Source: Eledone cirrhosa (lineage: Eukaryota). From it: a stretch of DNA of 64,000 bases. How positions within the stretch are numbered: position 1 is the first letter of the stretch; each line of letters starts with the position of its first letter. Of this stretch, positions 27,114 to 39,030 are shown one piece after another. A model generated the notes under the pieces. That model was not told where the DNA came from. It did not search any database and was given only the letters and a program-made list of their open reading frames with translations. The translations under genes and the position numbers were made by a program. The stretch lies in NCBI GenBank assembly GCA_964016885.1, contig OZ024740.1, positions 72,292,001 through 72,356,000 of the forward strand. The letters are read 5' to 3'.

Positions 27114-27156
27114 ACGTTGCTGACGATAGCTAATAAGCTTGAAACTAGTACAGCGT
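27114..27156 (+). ncRNA. Minimal type I hammerhead ribozyme
   Basis: acgttg-CTGACGA-t agct aata agct t-GAAA-ctag-TA-cagcgt. Palindromic CUAG stem III; GUA triplet. Confidence 0.85.
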
Positions 27157-27916
27157 TCCTTTGTCAGTGTTGAACAAACGAGCAACGATGGTTGCTGGAC
27201 ACTATGGCTTAATACGGGATGTTTGTTTACAAGTACACCGAGCATTATAATAAATGTTCGGTGAATCCATACGTACATATATATATGTGTGCATGTATGT
27301 ATATATATATACATACTACTGTACATCTGTATACATATATGTATGTACGTGTACATACTTATATTTAAGTAACAGCTGTACTAAGAGTGGGAAATGAAAT
27401 TTTGTTTAATTTTTTCCTTTTATATATATATATAGGAACTTACTCACGGACCTACACTCACAAAAAAAATGTTTTCCCACACATCCACAATACGTATAAA
27501 CACCACACACACGTGCGTACCCCCACATATTTACACACTCAGCCTCCGGAATCCTCTCCCCCCTCCCCCACCCCTCTGACCCCTCTCCATCCACACGCGC
27601 ACGCACACACCGACCTACACACCACCCCACCCCACACACCTTTTCCTGAACATAGAACCTCGTTCTTCCCCCAACTCTCACATTCACATACACGCACACA
27701 CGCGCGACTCCCTCTCCCCACTCCACCCGCCACCACCCCTACACGCCCCACACCCTTCCACCACTTGTGTTTATCTTCATGTTTATTTTTATTTTTATTA
27801 TTTTTTTATATTTATTTTCATTTGTACCCCTTTCACCGTTTCTTCTCCCTCCCCCTTTTTTCTAAATGTCTCTCTCCCACTCCCCTTCACACCCTTGGAA
27901 CTCTCTTCCCACACAC

Positions 27917-27951
27917 TTTTCGCCTGAAGAAGGGCTTATGCCCGAAACGTC
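27917..27951 (+). ncRNA. Penelope-type hammerhead core
   Basis: CTGAAGA-a gggc ttat gccc-GAAACGTC; stem I partner unclear. Follows a C-rich tract. Confidence 0.55.
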
Positions 27952-28030
27952 CCCCCCCCCCACTCTCAAGAGCGTGAAACTAATAAACCTTTGTTGGTAC
28001 TGCCTCTCTGTTTTGTTCCCGTTCCATTTT

Positions 28031-28084
<54 letters not shown>

Positions 28085-28192
28085 TATATATATATAGTAG
28101 TAGAACACTCGAAGGTAATATCCGTAGTGGTAGAGCACTCATCCCATGGGACGAGTTAGGTAGAAGTGGTTACACAAGTTAGTTCACCATAC

Positions 28193-28230
28193 CGAGAACA
28201 ATTGTTTCACCTTAGCGGATCCTCAGCTCG
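28193..28230 (-). ncRNA. Minimal type I hammerhead ribozyme
   Basis: Minus strand cgag-CTGAGGA-tccgctaaggt-GAAA-caattg-TT-ctcg. Palindromic CAAUUG stem III. Confidence 0.75.
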
Positions 28231-28249
28231 TAGTCTATATATATATATA

Positions 28250-28810
28250 TAAGAACGGGATGGAAAAAATTCAGGGAGCTTATACCACTATTGGCCGCTA
28301 AAGGGTTCTCTCTAAAAATGAAAGGCAGGCTGTATGATGCCTGCATACAAACAGCAATGTTACATAGCAGTGAGACTTGAGCATTGTGTGCAGAGGATAT
28401 ACGCAGACTGGAGAGGAACGAAGCTTGCATGCTCCATTGGATGTGTAATAGTAATATACGTGAACGGCGAAGCATAAATGAACTAAGGGAGAAATTAGGA
28501 ATAAGAGGAATCAGATGTTGTTTACTCGAGAGACGACTACGTTGGTATGGTCACGTGATGTGCATGAAAGACGACAGCTGTATAAAAAAGTGCAGGGCGA
28601 TGAAAATAGACGGTAGCCACGGAGTAGGCAGACCCAGAAAAACCTGGGACGACTTGATAAATTCCGACCTCACACACTTACACCTCTCCAAGACAATGTC
28701 AATGGACCGAGATCTTTGGCGCTACACAGTAATACAGAAGACCCACCTTGCCTAAGTACAAAGCGAAACCTACAGTCAGTAGGCACCTCTAACAAAAATA
28801 CACCCCAACG
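28250..28810 (+). mobile_element. RTE 3' fragment
   Basis: ORF 28384-28755 is closely similar to the C-terminus of 41252-42175. Confidence 0.9.
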
Positions 28811-28997
28811 AATTAGAGGGTGGTTTCAGGGGAAGTAACTCCTCGAGAAATTAGAAATTGTGGATAGTTTATAGTTAAGAAGTACTAATTTTTTTATTTT
28901 TTTATTGAGAGACAATGTAAGAGAGGTAACTTATAATTATCTAAGTTAGCTATAACTATTTAACTTATTAGCTATAAGTAAAAATGGGGCTAGATGA

Positions 28998-30450
28998 CTA
29001 TGTTGGGTCAAATATTCTGTTGGCAAAGGAATTAGCCCTTCGATGTTGACAGCTAATAGTTACCTCCGTTCTATCGTTAATCGGTAGAGGTCGTGATAGA
29101 GTTATGTAATATGCTTCGGTAAGACAGAGGTCACAAGAGTTTCTTCGTCCATTGAACGGTTGGGCCCTAACCAAGATATCCCATGTTAGTGAGTGTTCAA
29201 TGTTGGTTAATTTAAGGTTTTTAATAGAGATGTCAAACATCTGTTGTTAGGGTCTCGGAAGGAAAAAGAGTGCGCGTTAGAGCATACCTTAAAAGGGTTA
29301 GAGGTAGAGCCGATATAGGAGCTGGTATGCGAAGCAGTTTTAACTGTGCACCTATAAACTATATTGGGTGTCAGGCAATGTCCATTTAGTGGGCATGCAT
29401 TAGGGTAACGGCAGTTGCAGTTACTTCTGCGGTTAGTGAGAGTCGGGTTGTTTAAACTATGCGGTTGGTCCGTGCTAGAAGAATTAGATGGGGGAGGTGT
29501 GCTACTAGAGTAAGTATTGGTGTAGTGGCGTGGTGTATTTGATGGGGGTGGTGGTACCGTGGTGTGGGAGTTATACTGGCTTAGTTTATGATGGTTACTG
29601 AATGTGATGTGGCTAGCTAGGTTAGGTGTTGTGGAGAATGAGATTTTAATGTTGTTTTTATTAAAGAGTTTGTAATATCTATGGTTAGAGGGGAAATGTT
29701 TAGATAGGATAGAGAAGAAGCGATTAGGGATATTAGTGGCTAGATTAAATGAGAATGGGGGGGGGTTAAGCCAGGTGATATTTCTAGGCCTATTCCTTCT
29801 AGGGGTTGTAGTGGAGTTGGTAGGGGCCTTCATAGGGTTATTATTACCTGGGCATTTGTTATTTGTCATCCTATTGCTCATTCCTATTCTAGGGTTGATT
29901 TTTAGTTTGCTACTTGGAGTGGGAAGTAGGCCGCTGCCACCATTAAAGTTCCCTGTATAGGTGCTGTTACTGCTAAAATTCCGGCGAATCTGACTATATG
30001 CTAAGGTATTTCTATTTCTAGTGTTAAGTTTATTATGGTTGTGGTGAAGTGCTGTGTTATGGCATTTAGGTATGTAGTAAATGGACTGTTCATAACCAGA
30101 TTCAGAAAGAGCCTTATTATAATATGCCGCATGGTTTATAAATATCTCCTCATTTGCTGATAGCATTGAGATCCTATACGAGATAGATTTGATTACTTCT
30201 CTGATGACTGCCGGTGGGTGGTTAGAGTGAAGGCTAATATATGTAAGTATTTCACCTGGTTTATGATAAGGGTAATATAGGTTATTGTTAAGATCTAGGG
30301 TAGCGTCTAGGAAGTTTACTATTTTATGGTTCGGATCGATGGTGATAGAGAGACCGTTATTTTTAAAGAATCTATGTAATTGTTTTTTGAGCAAGTCAAT
30401 GCCTTGATTAGTGCAATTGTGGACTGCAAATAGGGCGTCGTCCCTATATA
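28998..30450 (-). mobile_element. Penelope-like element 3' part (RT thumb + GIY-YIG endonuclease), frameshifted; probably Naiad-type
   Basis: NFLDATLDL, YPYHKP, SNHPP, CNCR...CPLNGHCL..NIVYRC...YIGST, then CDLCLTEAYYI in the next frame. Clade call is from recalled motifs. Confidence 0.8.
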
Positions 30451-30480
30451 TTCCGCCTTATTATTATTATTAATATTAAT

Positions 30481-30830
30481 GGAGGCACATGGCTTAGTGG
30501 TTAGAGCATTGGCCTTGCAATCGAAAGGTTGTGAGTTCAATTCTCAGAGCGGGTGATGTGTTGTTTCCTTGAGCAAGACACTTTATTTCACATTGCTCCA
30601 GTTTACTCAGCTGTAGAAATGGGATGATAGGGACTGGGGTCCCTATCATTCCACTGCAAAGTGGTCGTGGAGGTGCCACGGCAAAAAAGCACCCAGCACT
30701 CACTGTAAATGAGGTTGGTGTTAGGAAGGGCATCCAGCTGTAGAAACCAAGCCAGAATCAGCTACCGTCTCACCCTTGCAAGCAGGGAAAAAGCGGACGT
30801 AAAATGAAATGATGAAATGATGATGATGAG
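30481..30830 (+). mobile_element. tRNA-head SINE with RTE-derived tail
   Basis: A-box tggcttagtgg, B-box gagttcaattc, cttgagcaagacactt core, ggtgttaggaagggcatcc tail and (GAT)n. Confidence 0.7.
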
Positions 30831-30861
30831 GATTATTATTATTATTATTATGATAATATAT

Positions 30862-32298
30862 ATCATCATCACCGTTTTACGTCCGTTCTTCCATGCTAGC
30901 ATGGGTTAGATGGGTTGTCCTGTTGTGGGCAGTGTCTGGTCGGCTGACCATGCCTTGCTCATACAGGAACTGATTTTGGCTTGATTTCTACAGCTGGATG
31001 CCCTTCCTAACACCAACCTCATTTACAGTGAATGCTGGGTGCTTTTTCCGTGGCGCCTACATGTCCACTTTACAGTGTGGGCTGGGTGCTTTTTTGCTAT
31101 GGCACCTCCACGACCACCTTGCAGTGGGAGGGTGTGGGGGCATATTGTCTATATGCTTCAGCTTGTACCCATGGGAGGTCGGGTACTCTGTATTACTGCG
31201 TGACGCCAGAGGTCACGGTCGTGTGTCATCGCCTTTGAGAGGAGTAATTGGGTAAGGTCAGCTTTTATCACCTCATCCCAGGTCTTCTTGGGTCTCCCCA
31301 CTCTGCGGTTTCCATTGACTTCTAGCGCTCTGCACCTTTTTATGCAGCTGTCATCCTTCATACGCATCACATGTCCATACCAACGCAACCGCCTCTCCTG
31401 CACACAGCATTTGATTCCTCTTATGCTCAGTCTCTCTCTCAATTCATTTATGCTTTGTCGTTCGCGTATTTACTATTACACATCCATCGGAGCATGCAGG
31501 CTTTGTTTCTTTCTAATCTACGTAAGTCTTCCACCTTCAGCGCCCAGGTCTCACTACCATGTAACATTTCTGTTCGGATACACGCATCATACAGTCTGCC
31601 TTTCATTTTGAGGGAGAAGCCTTTTGCAGCTAGCAGTGGCAGTAGTTCCCTAAACTTCTTCCATCCCGTTCTTACCCTAGTTATTGTACTTTCTGAACAC
31701 CCACCTCCGCTGCTAATTCGCTCACCTAGGTAGCAGAAGCTGTCTACTGTTTCTACAGGGCCCTCCCAGAGATTGGTGGTACTTGTTTCCTGTGGCTGTT
31801 TGCTGCTTGCTGTCCCAGCACAGCTGCTGCATGTGAAGCCTACATTCTTAATTAAGCTTCCTGAGATCCTGCTACATCTCTTGTGTACCCATTGTTTGCA
31901 TTTGGGGCAGAGAATGGAGTTCCTACCTACACCTTTCCTACATACTGAGCAAGGCCATTTCCCTGAGGGGATCTGGGTTCTGTTTTCTCATCTACTTACA
32001 AGGATCTTAGTCTTTGTCATGTTGACTTTGAGACCCTTTCTTTCTAGTCCCTGCTTCCAAGTTTGGAATTTCTTCTCTAGTTCTACCATAGATTCAGCTA
32101 TAAGTGCGAGGTCATCAGCATACAGGAGTTCCCATGGGCATCCGGTCTTAAACTCCTCCGTTATTGCCTGCAGGACTATGATGAACAGGAGAGGGCTAAG
32201 AACAGAGCCCTGGTGGACACCAACCTGTACGCTAAATTCCTCGCTATACTCATTGCTAATCCTAACTTTGCTGACTGCTCCCCTATACATGGCTTGTA
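30862..32298 (-). mobile_element. 5'-truncated RTE LINE (PHD-bearing family)
   Basis: GVHQGSVLSPLLF, LYADDL, RRLRWYGHV and 3'UTR. Confidence 0.9.
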
Positions 32299-32461
32299 AT
32301 ATAATTATTATATATATATATTTAAAGGTTAAACAAGGTCCAATGAATAAATCAAAGAATGAGTTTTACAATAGATTGGAAGCACTCAACAGTAATGGTT
32401 TTCCGGAGTTATTAATATTAATTCAAAATATTAACAAAATAGATATTCTTGTGATCAAGTA

Positions 32462-32528
32462 TATTTTATTATACATATTTCAGAGGTACTGAATTAACTT
32501 CAACAGTACGTCCTCATCAGATAAAATA
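32462..32528 (-). ncRNA. Minimal type I hammerhead ribozyme
   Basis: Intact CTGATGA/GAAA core on the minus strand; same fold as 21886-21952. Confidence 0.8.
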
Positions 32529-33003
32529 AGATGATGCATGATATACCCTGATTGATGAATATTTTTAGATATTTCAATAATTCAATGAATTGAATTTTTT
32601 CGTTTTCCTAAAGCTAAGCCCAAATGTTGTTCTAATTTAATATCTCCCTATATTATTACATTATAATAGTTATTCCTCTTTATCTCTCTCTCTGTAATCA
32701 ACTCTCTTTTGTTTTCTAGGCTCCTACTAGCTATATTATCCCCTCTTCTGTTTCTTCCTCTATGCCTTTCTTTTCTTTCCTCTTTCTTCAATAATTTAAA
32801 TTATTTGAATCTCTAACAGTTATATTGCTACCATGTATTCTGTTAAGCTTTCTCACACACACCCTCTCTATTATATGTATTATATGTGGGTTTTTCATGT
32901 TTTCAATATTAAGGTATATAAATATTGAGTTTTGTTATATCTTACTCACTACCATGACTGAATCTTAACCATCTACTATGTCAGGGTATGTCATGCATCA
33001 TCT

Positions 33004-33070
33004 TATTTTATCTGATGAGGACGTACTGTTGAAGTTAACTCAGTACCTCTGAAATATGTATAATAAAATA
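33004..33070 (+). ncRNA. Minimal type I hammerhead ribozyme
   Basis: tattttat-CTGATGA-ggacgtactg..cagtacctct-GAAA-tatgta-TA-ataaaata. Confidence 0.8.
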
Positions 33071-33332
33071 TACTTGATCACAAGAATATCTATTTTGTTA
33101 ATATTTTGAATTAATATATATATATATATCTCCCCTGTTTGCTGAGATTAAAGTAAGTGAATTTGTCACTACTCTAAAACAATAGCATACGGTCTTCAAA
33201 ATGCTTTTAATTAAGCATAAAGTGTATTGCAAAATACATTATATATACATCCATATATATATTGCTATTTCAGAGCTCCAATTCTAATATATATATATAT
33301 ATATATATATAATAATTATATATATATATATT

Positions 33333-33361
<29 letters not shown>

Positions 33362-33363
<2 letters not shown>

Positions 33364-36300
33364 TTTCTTTATTGGCCACAAGGGCTGACATCAAGAAAAA
33401 CATTACAGACGGCACAGGGCGGTACAGGACGGTACGATATGGGTTTTGTGTGTGTAAATATTTTTATTATTTATATAAGAAAAGAAGAAAAAAAAAAGGA
33501 CATAGAAACATATATATATATAAACAATAAAAATGAAAATTGAAACTATGAAAAATTCCCCAATAGGGGGGAAACCTCCGAGGGTTACTCGTGGCGAAAA
33601 CCACACAAAAGACCACGGCCACCCTGACCACCAGGGCAAGCGCCCTCTCTCAATTTTTCCATCTCTCAAACTACAGACGTATATTCAGAGTGGTCCCGTT
33701 CACTCGGACCATTCTCGCTACATTCACCCACCTTTCAACAAACTTGCTAGAAAGCAGCACTTGCCTCTCCACCCTGATTTTCCTCTTCAAGTAAAACTTG
33801 AAAAAGTTAATTAGAGATTCGCCGAAGAGGAAAGTGTCTGTCTTTAACCCTTTTAACCTTGTCCACCACACAATCTCTTTCGCCATGGCCACCAGGCAGA
33901 TGAAAACCGCCTGCCCTTCCTCTTCGAAGGAAGACGGCGAGACCATCTGCACAATGAACTCAGTCGACAACCGGATCCGTCCTACATGCAACAGCAACTG
34001 TTCGACATAGTTCCACAAGTCAGCAATGCTCGAGCACTGAACGAGTGCGTGCACGATGGTTTCGTCGCTCTGCGCGCATCTCGGACAGGCTCGGCTGACG
34101 GCACTTCCGTGCCTGTAGAACTTATCTCGAACCGGCAGCGTTCACCGGTAGCACTGCCAGGCCAGGGATTTTTGGAAGTTATCCATAGGCCCCGGGCTGA
34201 AAGTTCTCCGGAAGAGGGCAAACAGCTGATCTTCTTCGACGCCCAGGATCTCTCCGAGAATGTCATCGGTCTTCCCCTCCACTAGTCCTCTATAGAACGC
34301 CGAGATGGATGTTCCACCGATACTGGTGCCTAGCTGGCAGAAGGCAGTGAGCGCCTGGAGACATTCCAGTTTCCAAGCGCTATCCCTGGGTCTTTTTCTG
34401 ACCCAGGACTGCAGCTCTGTCAAGGAGACGAGCTGTGTGAAAACATGCCTGGCGAACGGCGACCACACCTGTTCACCATCAAGGAAGCACCAGAGATGTC
34501 GCAGCCTCAGCGCATGTTTGCACATCATCAGCCATGGCACGCCCAGTCTTCCACGCAACGGGTGTTGACAGCAGATGGATCGTCTGACCATGGGAGTGCG
34601 TCCCTTCCACAAAAAGCGGAAGAGGAGGCGCTCCATTTTGGGCTGGAGCAAGGGACGACGGTGAGGCGGTAGCAGATGACGGATGCGATGTACGCATTCG
34701 CCACCGCCGCCCGGCCTTTCAGGGACAGCTTCCTCTCGGCCCATTTCTGGGTGAGGGAGGCCACCCTGCTCGTCACCTAGTTCCAGTTTTTCTCCATCTG
34801 GGGTCCGGTCTGAACCAGACCCCGAGCAATTTAACCGGTCCGTTCGTCCAATGCCCCATGGCACTGTCGGACGGCATGGACTTGCCTCTCCAGGTACCGA
34901 GCTGCAAGCCCACTGACTTTTCCTGGTTTATCTTTGCTCCTGTCACCACTTCGTATTCCTTGAGAGCGGTGCCGAGCATCTGGACGTGTCTGGTGCTCGA
35001 CACCACCACGGTGACGTCATCAGCGTAAGCCGACTCGGATTTCCCGCATCCTAGTTCGCGTGGGACGCCCCTCATCACCCCCAGTTTGTGCAGTAACGGC
35101 TTGAGAGCCAATACGTACAAGAGGGATGAGAGGGGACAACCCTGGCGGACTGAGCGCATGATGCTGAATGGCTGCGACAGGGGACCGTTCACCTCACAAC
35201 TGAGCAGATGTCGCTGTACATTGCTGCGATCCAACCCCTGAAAACGGGCCCAAAACCGGCTGCCTCGAGGACCGCCGCCAGGTACTGATGGTCGACCCTA
35301 TCGAATGCTTTGGATTGATCCAAGTTGATCAGGGCCCCACCTGTGCCAGGTTTCTTAACCACCCTCTCTATGATGTATCGCATGAGGTGGAGGTTGTCAT
35401 GTATGGATCTGTCCGGAATGGCGCATGTCTGCGGCTCTCCCACCAGACCCTTGACGAAAAGCGCCAACCTCGTTGCTAACACCTTGGCCAAAATCTTGAA
35501 CTCTGCGTTTAGCAGGGTTATGGGCCTGAAATTATCGATAACATCCCCCTTGTTCAGGTCTTTTCTCAGCAGCGCCACTGCTCCCTGGCTCATAAAACTG
35601 GGAATGCTCTCGTTCTGCTGCCAGTTGCAGTAGACGTCTGCCAAGAGGTCACCGAACAAGTCTGGCATAAATGCATAAAGCTCGTAGGGCAGACCATCCA
35701 AACCTGGCGATTTACCCCTTGTGCAGTTAGCCATCGCTTCCCGTATTTCACCAGCTGTTATTGGCTTTTCGCAACACTGTGCTGCGGTCGTCGAGAGCCG
35801 AGGCAGTCCGTCGAGGTATGCACTGAAGTCCATGCGCCGATCCGGGCCGCCGCCGCTCCCGAACAGTTCAGCAAAGTGTTGCTGAAAAGCTTCACACATC
35901 CGCTCGGGTTTGAGCATCACGCACCCGTTTTGGTCAGACAAAGACCGAATTGTGGCTTTGTTGCCACGTCATGCCTCTGCCACCCAGGCCCATTGGACGG
36001 CTTTTGTCCCCTCGTGTTTCAGAGCACGCGCTCTAGCTCTGACAACGCAGCCTTCGTGTTTTGCGTTGAAGAATTGGTCGAGTGCCAATCTCGCCGCAAG
36101 CACGTCGGTTGCGATGCCTGTCCTAAACGCCTCTTCTAGCTTTCTGACTAGCTCTCCTTCTACTCTATTTTCCTCTATCGCTACTCCTTTGCTAAACCTA
36201 ATCGACTCTACTTTAATTGCTCTTTTCAGGGCGAACCACCACCTGTTGTTGACGACCGCTCCCGTCAACGCCCGCTTAACTAATACGCTAATCCAGTCTC

Positions 36301-38852
36301 TGTAGGCTTTGCGCGCCGGGAAAGACGCGTTCAGCTTCCAGTAACCAGGCCCTTGTCTTTGAAGTCTGTCTATGTCGATCTCACAGATCACAAATTTGTG
36401 GTCTGTGTAGTCGACTATTTTAAATTGTGGACAACTTATACTAGCCTTATCTAGTTCTCTGCAGAATACCCTATCGAGATACGATCTGGATGACCCGATG
36501 CGGTTTGTCCATGTCCACATTGGCACATTCGGGTGATCCAGTTGAAACCTGCCAGACAGTTCAAAATGTCTGAGCAGGTTGGTGAGGCTCTTGCACCCTC
36601 CTCCCCTATCCACTAGCCCCAAACGATCCCAGCATGCATCCAAGATACCGTTCCAGTCGCCCACTAACACTAAAGAGCGGGATGTTCCAAGAAAGGTCTC
36701 TAGACGTCTGAAGAAATCTGGTCGTCCTGCCCCTATTGGGGCATAGACGGCTACTAGCCTGAAAGCATTGCCTTCGCTGCCAGTCACGTCCAGCACCACC
36801 GACTTACCTTCTGGGTCTAGGAAGATGGCCCATATGGCGAGATCCAAGCCTCTCCGAAAAAGGACGGAAACCCCTCCCCCCGATCCTGGACGGCTGGGAG
36901 ATGTGTATACATCGTAGCCGCCGAAGATCGGTGCGAAGGCCCGTGCCTCGGAGATTCTGGTTTCACTGATGGCCACCACATCTATGTTTAGTGACCTGAG
37001 GTCGTTGAGCAGGTGACCCTGCTTCCAACATGACCCCAGGCCACGTGCATTTATACTGCCTATTCTGAGTACGGCCATGTTGGATGAGAAACGGGGCAAG
37101 TGAGAAAGGGTCACTTACCTTGATCATGTGGTTAAGGGACAGTAGAACCGTCCCTTTCGCTGGTCATGGGTGTTTCCAAGAGGATGTCAGTGTATATCCT
37201 CTTGGTAACTGACCGTCTGAAGTCTCCAACTGCGTTGGGGAATTTTTGTTTTAAAGGTTTGTACTGTTCTATTGAGATTTCGATGATGCTTATGTTTGTT
37301 GGGAGAGTTCTTGGTGTTGGTGGGGTGTAGTAGTTTTTTTCTGTGATGTCTGTGCAGCTTTATATGTTGTATGAGTTCTTTTTTTGCCATGTTTATGGCT
37401 GTGTACTTTTAGGGGGGAGGGGTGATTTTGTTGCTGTTTTCTTCTTGTTGCTGTTTGGTGTGTGTGTCTTGTTGTGTTTGTGTTGTTGGTGTTTTTGGTG
37501 ATGCTGGTGGTGGTGTGGTTGTTGTCGTCAGTGGTGCTTGTGGTGGTGATGGTGGTGGTGTTGCTGCAAGTTTCCTTGCTGCCTTTACCCCTCTATGTAT
37601 GCCTTCGCTTTTGGAGGGTGAATCTAAGGGGTTTTTTGTTTTTTGTTTTTTGTTTTTTGTGACAGGCCATGTCGGATTCTGTGGTGTCTGGGAGGGGTAT
37701 GTGCTCCACGGCTGTTGGTGGTGGTAGTGGAGCCCTCTTCGGCAATTTTGTTGCTGGTGTAGTTACTTCAAATGTAGCTATTGGTGTTGCCGCTACTGAT
37801 GTTGCTGCTTTAGTTGTCTGTGGCCTTGGTACGGGTGCTACGGACGTTGCCCTCCTACTCACCATGGAAGGGGCTTCTTCGTTTGTTGCCTGCTCTGCTC
37901 TTGGTAGCAGCGGACCAAGTATTGGAAGGAGAGGGGCCGTCTTCGGTGTCTTCTGCGGGCAAAAGGCCCTGAGGTAACCCTTCGACCGACAGAGATAACA
38001 TTTTGGCCGTCTTCCTTCTACACTTATAGGGAGTTGGAGTCCTTCCTCGATGTCTATGATATCAGGGATAGCGTCGATACATTCCTGGTCAGTTTGTATA
38101 AGCATTTGCATGCCTATACCTGACCAGTTCTCTCTCCCTATTTTTTCTACTTGCAACATGGTCGTCCTGTCCTCAATTCCAGCAAGGACAGACGCGGCCA
38201 GCCAAGGTATGGGCACGTCGGGTGGGACCTGGGTCACTTTGACCCTCACACTTTTCTGCCCGCAGTAGGAGGGCACCAAGACTATCTCCTCACTCTTTAG
38301 GGTTTCCAAAGAGTGAGACTTTGCTTCCTGGGGGGTGGCTAAAAGTACGTCTACTGTGGCGTACTTTCTGCCTCAGGTGATGTGGGTTTTGCGTGCCCAG
38401 ACGCACCCCAAGGCCTTTTGGATTTGAGCCTCCGTGGCTCTCTCCACCCGATGTGAGATTTTGCTTACGGTGCGGTAAGTCACCGTCCGTAGCTGCTGCT
38501 CCATGAAAAAATCGGGTGGAGGTTTCAGGGAGAGTCTATTTGCGCTTCTTGTCACCATGGCCCTTGCGACTGCCATCTCCTCCTCTGTGACTAACACTGT
38601 CTCGATATTTTGGGCGACACCTGCAAAAGAAGTGGTCCCTTTTTCAGCAGCACCATTATTGCTGCCGCTACTGGTCTTACTGGTGGTGCTGAGATCTCTA
38701 TTACAGGTATCGGTGTCATTGTTGTTGTTTTCGTTGATACAGTTGTTGGTGTTGTTGTTGTTGTTTTCGTTGTTACTGTTGCTGTTGTTACTGTTATTGT
38801 AATACAACAAACTTTCCAATTAAATAACATCAATGACTGAGACCTAAAGAAC
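33362..38852 (-). mobile_element. Full-length L1/Tx1-clade LINE, disrupted
   Basis: ORF1 38819-37593 (one in-frame stop; zinc-knuckle-like CYLCRSKGYLRAFC). ORF2 pieces: APE endonuclease (SINARGL, ISET, VYAP, GDWN, YLDR, YTDH, GYWKLN), RT (KSPGLDGLP, FRPITLLN, DQSKAFDRV, RQGCPLS, AYADD) and C-terminal Cys/His motif. AATAAA near the 3' end; (TAA)n on both sides. Confidence 0.92.
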
Positions 38853-38910
<58 letters not shown>

Positions 38911-38950
38911 TAATAAGGAAGATTTGTTATGTCATCATTACGTTTATTAA

Positions 38951-39016
38951 GTAGTGACGCGCGTTTCGCTATTGATCAACTCAAGGTTTTATCTGTATCG
39001 ATCTAGCCTGGCTCAG
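38951..39016 (-). ncRNA. Degenerate hammerhead-like motif
   Basis: Minus strand ctgagccag-gcta gatc...gatc aa tagc-GAAA-cgcgcg-TC. The 5' core deviates and stem I is lost. Confidence 0.3.
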
Positions 39017-39030
39017 AATATATATATATA

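Larger units (their letters stand above)
26531..27412. mobile_element. Retrozyme/Penelope-pLTR-like fold-back: 403-bp tandem unit followed by an inverted copy
   Basis: tatgtacacgtacatac restarts at 26531 and 26934; 27041-27412 is an inverted copy. One hammerhead per arm. Confidence 0.8.
32320..33117. mobile_element. Non-coding fold-back element with inverted hammerhead pair, copy 2
   Basis: 32417-32551 is the reverse complement of 32981-33117, with an AT/pyrimidine-rich spacer; (TA)n on both sides. Confidence 0.8.

Noticed and set aside
31773-32492. 239-aa plus-strand ORF and similar ones (41611, 56394, 57225)
   Set aside because: Antisense shadows of RTE coding sequence.
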